In this document: positions 57,015-64,000 of the stretch, piece after piece
Layout: every line of letters starts with the position of its first letter
How positions within the stretch are numbered: position 1 is the first letter of the stretch
Source of the DNA: Acidobacteriota bacterium
Lineage (GTDB): Bacteria > Acidobacteriota > Vicinamibacteria > Vicinamibacterales > UBA2999
DNA length: 64,000 bases
Assembly: GCA_016210845.1 (NCBI GenBank)
Contig: JACQTK010000142.1
Span: 11,479-75,478 of the forward strand
Direction: 5' to 3'
The notes under the pieces: generated by a model
Told to the model about the DNA's origin: nothing
What the model saw: only the letters and a program-made list of their open reading frames with translations
Database searches by the model: none
Translations under genes and position numbers: made by a program

Positions 57015-58562
57015 CTAGGCGCTGCGCAGCGCGGACCGCTGAATCTTGCCCGTGGCGGTCTTCGGCAGCTCGTCCATGAACTCGATCCACCGCGGGCGCT
57101 TGTACGCCGCCATGTTCGCCTTGCAGTACTCGATCAACTGCGTTTCGAGGTCGGGCGAGGCCGAGTACCCGGGGCGCAGCGACACGAACGCCTTCGGCTT
57201 CACCAGCTGGTCCTTGTCGGGATATCCCATGACCGCGCACTCGTACACGGCGTCGTGCTGGCGCAGCGTGCTCTCGATCTCGGTCGGCGACACCCAGATG
57301 CCGCCCGCCTTCAGCATGTCGTCCACGCGGCCGGCGTAATGATAATAGCCGTCCCCGTCGACGTAGAACTTGTCCCCGGTGAACAGCCATTCGCCGCGGA
57401 AGCTGTACTGGCTCTTGTGATACTGATGCAGGTAATAGAGGCTGAACGTCTCCCCCTTCACCTGCAGATCGCCGATCTCCCCCCGCGGCACGACCCGGCC
57501 CTCTTCGTCTGTCAGCTTCAGCTCGAACCCCTCGACGCACGTGCCCAGCGTGCCAGGACGGTTGTCGCCAGGGCGGTTGGACAGGAAGAGGGCGAACGCC
57601 TCGGTCGTCCCCATCGACTCGATGATCTCGAGGCCCGTGCGCTCCTTCCACGCATGCGCGAGCGCCGCGGGGAGCGACTCGCCGGCCGCCGCGCACACGC
57701 GGAGCGACGACAGGTCGTAGCGCTCGTTGAACCCCTCCACCGCCATCAGGCTCGCGTAGCCCGTGGGCACGTTGAACAGGAACGTCGGCTTGAACCGATC
57801 GATCGTCTCGAGGAGGCTGGTCGCGACGCGCGGCGGCTGCGACTGGAGCACCAGGCTCGCGCCGACGTGCCACGGCGAGAACAGGTTCACGCCCAGGCCG
57901 TAGGTGAAGAACAGCCGCGCGATCGCGAACGTCCGGTCGGTGTCCCGCAGGCCCAGCGTGTCGACCGTGTACAGCTGCGAGCTGATCGGCATGTCCTTGT
58001 GCGCGTGCTGAATGCCCTTCGGAGGACCGGTCGTCCCGCTCGTGTAGTTCAGCGTGCACCAGTCGTCGCGGTGCGTGGGCGCCGCGGCGAGCTCCGTCGA
58101 CTCGCCCTCGATCCACTCGGCGTACGACGCGGTGCCGCGAGGCGCCGCACCAATGACAATCACATGTTCCAGAAACGGCCGCTCGGCACGGATCTCCTCG
58201 ATCTTCGGCAGCAGGCTCTCGTGGACGATCGCCACGCGCGCCCGGCTGTCGTCCAGCATGTACGCGTACTCTTTCGGCGTCTGCGTGGTGTTCATGCCGA
58301 CCGCGACGCCGCCGACCTTCAGCACGCCAAAGAACGAGGTCACCCACTCCGGCAGATCCAGTGAGAGGATCCCGACGTAGTCGCCCATCCGGACGCCGAG
58401 CTTTGTCAGGGCGTTGCCGGCCTGATTCACCTCCCGCGAGACCTGCCGGAAGGTCATCTCGCGTTCGAGGCTGTAGAGGGCCACCTTGTCGGCCCGCGCG
58501 GCCAGGTTGTGTTCCAGGATGTCGACGCAGTTGTACTGAAGCGGAAGATCGGACATTCTCAT
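57015..58562 (-). CDS. AMP-dependent acyl-CoA synthetase/ligase (aryl/short-acid CoA-ligase-like)
   Basis: [16 protein letters not shown]-binding motif, [12 protein letters not shown], and C-terminal [10 protein letters not shown]. Confidence 0.85.
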   Translation of the reverse strand: MRMSDLPLQYNCVDILEHNLAARADKVALYSLEREMTFRQVSREVNQAGNALTKLGVRMGDYVGILSLDLPEWVTSFFGVLKVGGVAVGMNTTQTPKEYAYMLDDSRARVAIVHESLLPKIEEIRAERPFLEHVIVIGAAPRGTASYAEWIEGESTELAAAPTHRDDWCTLNYTSGTTGPPKGIQHAHKDMPISSQLYTVDTLGLRDTDRTFAIARLFFTYGLGVNLFSPWHVGASLVLQSQPPRVATSLLETIDRFKPTFLFNVPTGYASLMAVEGFNERYDLSSLRVCAAAGESLPAALAHAWKERTGLEIIESMGTTEAFALFLSNRPGDNRPGTLGTCVEGFELKLTDEEGRVVPRGEIGDLQVKGETFSLYYLHQYHKSQYSFRGEWLFTGDKFYVDGDGYYHYAGRVDDMLKAGGIWVSPTEIESTLRQHDAVYECAVMGYPDKDQLVKPKAFVSLRPGYSASPDLETQLIEYCKANMAAYKRPRWIEFMDELPKTATGKIQRSALRSA

Positions 58563-58611
58563 TGTTCGGGTACGCCGGGGCGAGGTTGCTACCACCGCCG
58601 AGTTTTACACA

Positions 58612-58737
58612 CTCGCCCCGCCGCGGCAAGTGGAGCCACCAGGCGCCCCGGCGCGCGGAGCGCGCCAAAGCAGATACTGGCCAACCATCCAAGGGCTCGT
58701 CTCGGGAGGACGAAGATACGCGAGCCCTTGGATGGTT
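58612..58737 (-). repeat. dual-hairpin element, copy D (divergent, second hairpin degenerate)
   Basis: CGCGCGGAGCGCGCCAAAGCAGATACTGGCCAACCATCCAAGGGCTCG...CGAGCCCTTGGATGGTT. It lies in the divergent promoter gap between the CoA ligase and the CoA transferase. Confidence 0.65.
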
Positions 58738-58847
58738 CGATAAGGCGCGGCCTCGCGCGGCCTTGACTCAGGCGACCTGCCTGTGCGATGTAGGGATGTT
58801 CGGTATCCTCGCATCTTCTCAACCTTCCATCCTGCTTGGGGACAAGG

Positions 58848-60068
58848 ATGAACGCCTCGCGCAAGCCGCTCGACGGTATCAACGTACTGACGTTTGAGAT
58901 TCAGGTCGCCGGCCCCTACTGCACCATGATGCTGGCCGACCAGGGCGCCAGCGTCATCAAGGTGGAGAACCCGAAGGGCGGCGACACGGCCCGCGGCGGG
59001 GCCCCCAGGATCGCGAACGACAAGGGCGAGACCCAGAGCGGGTATTTTCTGCGGTTCAATCGCAACAAACGGAGCCTCACCCTCAATCTCAAGAGCGACA
59101 AGGGGCGCGAGCTGTTCCGCGAGCTGGCCCGCCAGTCCGACGTGGTGGTGGAGAACTTCCGCCCGGGCCTCCTCGACGAGATGGGCCTCGGATACAAGGC
59201 GCTCTCCGAGCTCAATCCAGGCCTGATTTACGCGTGCATCTCGGGCTTTGGCAGCCTGGACGGCTACCTCGGACCCTACAGCAAGCGACCGGCCTACGAC
59301 ATCGTGGCCCAGGCCATGGGCGGGCTCATGAACACCTGCGGGCAGGCGGAGGGACCGCCGACCTGGCTCGGCGTCGCCCTGGGCGATATCGTCTCGGGCA
59401 TGCAGGCCGCCTACGCGATCATGCTCGCGCTCTACCAGCGCACGCAGACCGGACGAGGGCAGTACATCGACATCTCCATGTACGACACGATGATCGGCCT
59501 GGCCGAGCGCTCCGTCACGGCGTACTCGCTGACCAAGCACGTCCTCGAGCGCGGCCGCGAGCCGTACATGGCGCCGTGGGGACCGTTCGAGTGCCAGGAC
59601 GGCTACGTGGGCCTGATTGTGGCCACCGAGGGCGACTGGGCGAAGTTCTGCCAGGCGATCGAGCGGCCCGATCTGGTGGGCCGCGAGGGGACGACATCGG
59701 GACCCGACCGGGCGAAGAACATGTCGGGCTGGCTCGGCGACATCGTGAACGGCTGGTTCCGGCAGCGCACCAAAGCCGAGGCCACCAGCACGCTGCTGGC
59801 CGCGGGCCTGCCCGTGGGGCCGGTCCAGAACGCGCGCGAGATCGTCGAGGATCCGCACGTGGCGGCGCGCAGGCTGCTGATCGACGTGCCGGATCCGATC
59901 CTCGGCTCGGTCACGCTGGTGGGCCCGGTGGCCAGGATGTCGGGCAACGGAGCCCCGCTGGCCGGTCCGGCTCCGCTGTTGGGACAGCACAACGCGGAGA
60001 TTCTGACAGAGATGCTGGGGTACACCGCCGAGCAGGTCGGCCAGTTGAAAGCGGAAGCGGTTATTTAG
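58848..60068 (+). CDS. class III CoA-transferase (CaiB/BaiF family)
   Basis: LDGINVLTFEIQVAGPYCTMMLADQGASVIKVENP and VVVENFRPG. Confidence 0.85.
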   Translation: MNASRKPLDGINVLTFEIQVAGPYCTMMLADQGASVIKVENPKGGDTARGGAPRIANDKGETQSGYFLRFNRNKRSLTLNLKSDKGRELFRELARQSDVVVENFRPGLLDEMGLGYKALSELNPGLIYACISGFGSLDGYLGPYSKRPAYDIVAQAMGGLMNTCGQAEGPPTWLGVALGDIVSGMQAAYAIMLALYQRTQTGRGQYIDISMYDTMIGLAERSVTAYSLTKHVLERGREPYMAPWGPFECQDGYVGLIVATEGDWAKFCQAIERPDLVGREGTTSGPDRAKNMSGWLGDIVNGWFRQRTKAEATSTLLAAGLPVGPVQNAREIVEDPHVAARRLLIDVPDPILGSVTLVGPVARMSGNGAPLAGPAPLLGQHNAEILTEMLGYTAEQVGQLKAEAVI

Positions 60069-60100
60069 GTGGCGAGGTAGCTACCGGGGAGAATCCAGTC

Positions 60101-61324
60101 GTGAGCCAAGAAGTCGCCGTCATCAGCGCCGTCCGCAGCCCCTTCGGCAAGTTCGGGGGCGCCTTGAAGGATTTCACCATTGGCAAGCTGGGCGGGCTGG
60201 TGGTGGCCGAAGCCATTCGACGGGCGGCCATCGCGCCCGAGGAGGTCGAGGAGGTGGCCACGGGCGTCAACCTTCCGGGCGCCGATCGATCGCTGGCGCG
60301 CCAGGTGCTGATCGAGGCGGGCGTTCCGCCGTCGCGCGTGGCATACACCGTGGACCGGGCCTGCTGCTCCTCGATGGCGGCCGTCAACCTGGCGTCGCGC
60401 TCCATTCGTCTGGGTGAGGCCAAAGTGGCCGTCGGCGGCGGCGCCGAGAACATGAGCAAGGTGCCCTACTTCCTGACCGATGCCCGGTGGGGCCATCGCC
60501 TGGGCGACGTCACGCTCAAGGACCAGCTGGTGATCGCCTGTCCCATGACGGGCAAGCCGCGCGCGCTCCAGGCCAGCCAGGAAGCCGACGAGCACGGCGT
60601 GACGCGCGAGGAGCAGGACCGCTGGGCGGTGCGCAGCCATCAGAACTATTTCAAGGCCAAGGACGCCTGCACGTTCAAGGACGAGATCATGCCGATCGAG
60701 GTGAAGCAGGATCGCGGCGATCCGCTCGTCGTGAGCGAAGACGAGGCCCCTCGGGCGGATACGACGCTGGAACGGCTGGCGAAGCTGAAGACGATCTACG
60801 GCAGCTCCACGGTGACCGCCGGAAACGCGCCTGGCCTCAGCACCGGGGCGACCGCCCTCGTGTTGATGTCGCCGGAAGAAGCGAAGCGGCGGGACAAGGC
60901 GCCGCTCGCCACGCTCATCAGCTGGGCGATGGCGTCCGGACATCCGGATCGCATCGCGTCGATTCCCGCGGAGTCGGCCCGCCTGGCGCTCGAGCGCGTG
61001 GGCATGACGATCGAGCAGATGGACCTGGTCGAGATCAACGAGGCGTTCGCGGCCGTGCCGCTCGTGGCCACGCTCGTCCTGGCCGGCAAGGACGCGAAGA
61101 AGGCCGAGGCGATCCGCGCCAAGACGAACGTCAACGGCGGCGCCATCGCCATCGGCCATCCGACGGGGGCGACTGCCGGACGAATGATCATGACGCTCAT
61201 CTACGAGCTGCGCCGCCGCCGGCAGGCGGCGGGCGACACGCGGCCCTACTACGGCATCGCCAGCCTCTGCGGCGGCATCGGCGAAGGCGAAGCGGTCATC
61301 GTCAAGGTCGACGGCCAGCTGTGA
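60101..61324 (+). CDS. acetyl-CoA C-acyltransferase (thiolase)
   Basis: VAVISAVRSPFGKFGG, active-site TVDRACCSSMAAV, and C-terminal NVNGGAIAIGHP...LCGGIGEG. The start is the GTG at 60101. Confidence 0.85.
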   Translation: MSQEVAVISAVRSPFGKFGGALKDFTIGKLGGLVVAEAIRRAAIAPEEVEEVATGVNLPGADRSLARQVLIEAGVPPSRVAYTVDRACCSSMAAVNLASRSIRLGEAKVAVGGGAENMSKVPYFLTDARWGHRLGDVTLKDQLVIACPMTGKPRALQASQEADEHGVTREEQDRWAVRSHQNYFKAKDACTFKDEIMPIEVKQDRGDPLVVSEDEAPRADTTLERLAKLKTIYGSSTVTAGNAPGLSTGATALVLMSPEEAKRRDKAPLATLISWAMASGHPDRIASIPAESARLALERVGMTIEQMDLVEINEAFAAVPLVATLVLAGKDAKKAEAIRAKTNVNGGAIAIGHPTGATAGRMIMTLIYELRRRRQAAGDTRPYYGIASLCGGIGEGEAVIVKVDGQL

Positions 61325-63012
61325 GCAAGGACAAGGCCACCGAGGCCGACGTCGACGTCAGCACCAAGGCGGAGTGGCACGCCCGTATTGCCGCTCCGTC
61401 CCTCGAGATCGACAAGGAGCGGCGGACCGAGTTCACCACGAGCTCCGGCCTTCCGCTGGAACGCGTCTATACCCACGAGGACTGGCCCAGGGACGCCTCG
61501 CCCGCCGCCCGCCTGGGTTACCCGGGCGCCTATCCCTTCACGCGCGGCGCCACGCCCTCGATGTACCGCACCCAGTTCTGGGTGATGGGGATGTACTCCG
61601 GCTACGGATCCGCGGAGGAGGCAAACGAGCGCTATCGGATGCTGCTCGAGCGGGGCCAGACGGGCTTCTCGATCGCCCTGGACCTGCCCACGCAGTGCGG
61701 CTACGACGCGGATCATCCGATCGCGGCCGGCGAGGTGGGTGTGACCGGCGTGCACATCGGCTCGCTCGCCGATATGGAGCGGCTGTTCGAGGGGATCCCG
61801 CTCGAGAAGGTGCGCCAGATCCGCACCACGGCGAACGCCATCGGCCCGATCATCGCGGCCATGTACATCGCCGCGTTCGAGAAGCGCGGCGTGAGCATCC
61901 GCAACACGCGGATGTTCATCCAGAACGACGTGCTCAAGGAGTACATCTCGCGCGGCACGCAGATCTTCCCGCCCGAGGCGGGCGTCAAGCTGTCGGCCGA
62001 CGTCATCGAATACTGCGCCAGGCACCTGCCGAGCTGGACGTCGCTCGCCATGAGCGGCTACCACATCCGCGACAGCGGCAGCACGGCCGCGCAGGAGCTG
62101 GCGTTCACCTTTGCCAACGGCCTTGCCTACGTGGAGGAGGTCCGACGCCGCGGCCTCCCCATCGATGCCTTCGCGCCGCAGCTCTGGACGTTTCTCGGCG
62201 GCGGGATCGACGTCCTGGAGGAAGTGGCCAAGTATCGGGCGGCGCGGCGCATCTGGGCGCGGCTGATGCGGGAGCGGTACGGCGCGCAGAACCCCGAGGC
62301 GATGAAGCTCAAGATCTTCGCATACACCCTGGGCGGGAATCTCGTGGCCCAGCAGCCGCTCAACAACATCGCGCGGGTGGCCATCGAGACGCTGGCGGCC
62401 GTGCTCGGGGGCGTGCAGACGATCGCCACCTCGTCCTATGACGAGGCGTTCGCCATCCCGACCGAGGACGCCGCCACCATCGCGCTGCGGACGCAGCAGA
62501 TCGTGGCGAACGAAGCGGGGGTCACGGGCACGGTCGATCCGCTGGGCGGCTCGTACGCCATCGAGTCGCTGACCGACGCCATCGAGCGGGACGTCTACGC
62601 GTACCTCGAGAAGATCGAGTCGCTGGGCGGTGCCGTCCGGTGCATCGAGAACGGCTACTACCATCGCGAGCTCGGCGAGGCGGCCTCCCGCTACCAGCGC
62701 CAGATCGAGACCAGCGAGCGCATCCTCGTGGGGCTCAACGCGTATCAGAGCGACGAGGAGCAGAAGATCCCCGTCTTCAAGGGCAATCCCGAGACCGAAC
62801 GGCGCCAGATCGAACGGGTGAAGGCGCTCCGGCAGCAGCGCGACCACACGCTCGTCGAGCGCCGGCTCGAGGAGCTGGCGGCCCAGGCCCGCGCCAAGGA
62901 GAATCTCGTTCCAGGCCTGGTCGAGGCCGTGAAGGCCTATGCCACGCTGGGCGAGATCTGCGAGACACTTCGAGGCGTGTACGGCGTGTATCAGACCAGC
63001 CAGGTGATTTGA
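61321..63012 (+). CDS. acyl-CoA mutase large subunit, methylmalonyl/ethylmalonyl-type (Tyr/Arg determinants)
   Basis: YPFTRG, DLPTQCGYDADHP and [18 protein letters not shown]. It retains Tyr (VMGMYSGY) and Arg (YISRGTQIFPP) at the MCM Tyr89 and Arg207 positions. GTGA overlap with the thiolase stop. Confidence 0.8.
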   Translation: MSKDKATEADVDVSTKAEWHARIAAPSLEIDKERRTEFTTSSGLPLERVYTHEDWPRDASPAARLGYPGAYPFTRGATPSMYRTQFWVMGMYSGYGSAEEANERYRMLLERGQTGFSIALDLPTQCGYDADHPIAAGEVGVTGVHIGSLADMERLFEGIPLEKVRQIRTTANAIGPIIAAMYIAAFEKRGVSIRNTRMFIQNDVLKEYISRGTQIFPPEAGVKLSADVIEYCARHLPSWTSLAMSGYHIRDSGSTAAQELAFTFANGLAYVEEVRRRGLPIDAFAPQLWTFLGGGIDVLEEVAKYRAARRIWARLMRERYGAQNPEAMKLKIFAYTLGGNLVAQQPLNNIARVAIETLAAVLGGVQTIATSSYDEAFAIPTEDAATIALRTQQIVANEAGVTGTVDPLGGSYAIESLTDAIERDVYAYLEKIESLGGAVRCIENGYYHRELGEAASRYQRQIETSERILVGLNAYQSDEEQKIPVFKGNPETERRQIERVKALRQQRDHTLVERRLEELAAQARAKENLVPGLVEAVKAYATLGEICETLRGVYGVYQTSQVI

Positions 63013-63809
63013 TGGACTATTCGCAGTTCACAGATATTCTGTTCGAGCGCCGCGACAACGGCGTCCTCTGGATCACCCTCAACAAGCCTGAGAAGTTCAA
63101 CGCGGCCGATGCAGCGATGCACCAGGCCTTCGTGGACATCTGGCCGCTCATCGACAAGGATCCCGCCGTGCGCGTGGCCGTGATCACGGGCGCCGGCAAG
63201 GCGTTCTCGGCCGGGGGCGATCTGGACCGCGTGAAGAACGCCTACGGCGATCACGACGAGATCGTCGCCATCCTCGAGGAGGCCCGCGACATCGTCTACA
63301 ACATGCTGCACTGCTCGAAGCCGATCATCTCGGCGGTCAACGGCGTCGCGGTTGGGGCGGGCGTGGTCGTGGCCCTGCTGTCGGACATCTGCATCATGGC
63401 TGAAGGGGCGCGCCTGGCCGACGGCCACCACAAGCTGGGTGTCGCGGCGGGCGACCACGGCGCGATCATCTGGCCGCTGCTGTGCGGGATGGCCAAGTCG
63501 AAGTACTACCTGATGACCGGCGACTTCATCAGCGGCAAGGAGGCCGAGCGCATCGGGCTCGTCAGCCTCTGCGTCCCCGATGCGGAGCTGCAGGCGAAAG
63601 CGATGGAGGTGGCCACGAAGATCGCCACGGGTCCGCGCTACGCGACGCGGTTCACCAAGCGGGTGCTCAACCAGTGGCTGCTGCAGGCCGGGCCGATCTT
63701 CGACCACTCGCTCGCGCTGGAGATGATGGGCTTCTTCTCCAAGGACCTGCTGGAGGGCGTCGACAGCGTCCGCGCCAAGCGGCCCGCGAAGTTCCCGTCC
63801 AACGAGTAA
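63012..63809 (+). CDS. enoyl-CoA hydratase/isomerase family protein
   Basis: [17 protein letters not shown] and [19 protein letters not shown] crotonase motifs. Its ATG shares one nucleotide with the mutase stop. Confidence 0.85.
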   Translation: MDYSQFTDILFERRDNGVLWITLNKPEKFNAADAAMHQAFVDIWPLIDKDPAVRVAVITGAGKAFSAGGDLDRVKNAYGDHDEIVAILEEARDIVYNMLHCSKPIISAVNGVAVGAGVVVALLSDICIMAEGARLADGHHKLGVAAGDHGAIIWPLLCGMAKSKYYLMTGDFISGKEAERIGLVSLCVPDAELQAKAMEVATKIATGPRYATRFTKRVLNQWLLQAGPIFDHSLALEMMGFFSKDLLEGVDSVRAKRPAKFPSNE

Positions 63810-63895
63810 CTCTGCCCTGCGCGGCCATTCCCAACGCCCAAGTCCACAACTCCCAAGGGATTGAAAGGGCGGATCGATCAGGCTATTCTAGCTTT

Positions 63896-64000
63896 GTGAA
63901 AAGGGCCAGTATCACCGAGGCAAAGAACCAGCTGAGCGCTCTGCTCGACCGGGTCCGGCACGGCGAGACCGTCATCATCGAGGACCGCGGCACTCCCGTC
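63896..64000 (+). CDS. Phd/YefM-family antitoxin, N-terminal part (runs off the window end)
   Basis: The GTG at 63896 gives VKRASITEAKNQLSALLDRVRHGETVIIEDRGTPV, a typical Phd/YefM N-terminus. Confidence 0.6.
   Translation, partial: MKRASITEAKNQLSALLDRVRHGETVIIEDRGTPV

Overview
High-GC (about 67-70% in the lines I sampled) bacterial chromosomal window. It is probably Acidobacteriota; this is an inference from the VWFA-type secreted protein, the Ser/Thr kinase-TolB fusion and five PQQ-like beta-propeller paralogs. Housekeeping and metabolic genes: birA, nadC, valS, gdhA, a PiT phosphate transporter, two split B12-dependent acyl-CoA mutases, a propionyl-CoA-carboxylase-like operon, and an acyl-CoA dehydrogenase, thiolase, CoA-transferase and enoyl-CoA hydratase. 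There are six toxin-antitoxin pairs: VapBC, MntA/HepT, two HicAB, DUF433/DUF5615 and a partial Phd. Three regions stand out. (1) 21.9-32.3 kb holds a translationally coupled operon I cannot assign to a known pathway. It encodes a cysteine desulfurase, a GcvH-like protein, a G3E GTPase, a small Cys-rich protein, a ferredoxin, a radical SAM enzyme, a DUF116-polyprenyl synthase fusion, a prenyltransferase-repeat protein and a DxDD squalene-hopene-cyclase-like cyclase, with a divergent LplA-like ligase. (2) 40.35-51.94 kb is an ~11.4 kb mosaic island bracketed by a 111-bp direct repeat of the 3' end of a lytic transglycosylase gene. It carries a truncated WYL regulator, a STAND NTPase-TPR protein, a methyltransferase, an RHH protein and a seven-gene overlapping operon (secreted, coiled-coil, ExbB-like, ExbD-like and two TM/Pro-rich proteins plus an SLT lytic transglycosylase). 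No integrase is visible. (3) There is an unusual intergenic repeat repertoire. It includes (GTAGGCA)n heptanucleotide arrays in inverted pairs and a ~146-bp dual-hairpin element in four copies with compensatory stem changes; one copy splits a cytochrome P460 gene, and removing it restores the frame. It also includes GC tetraloop hairpins, one apparently in-frame inside the cyclase gene. I saw no rRNA, tRNA or CRISPR. All family assignments rest on motif recognition by eye; no searches were run.
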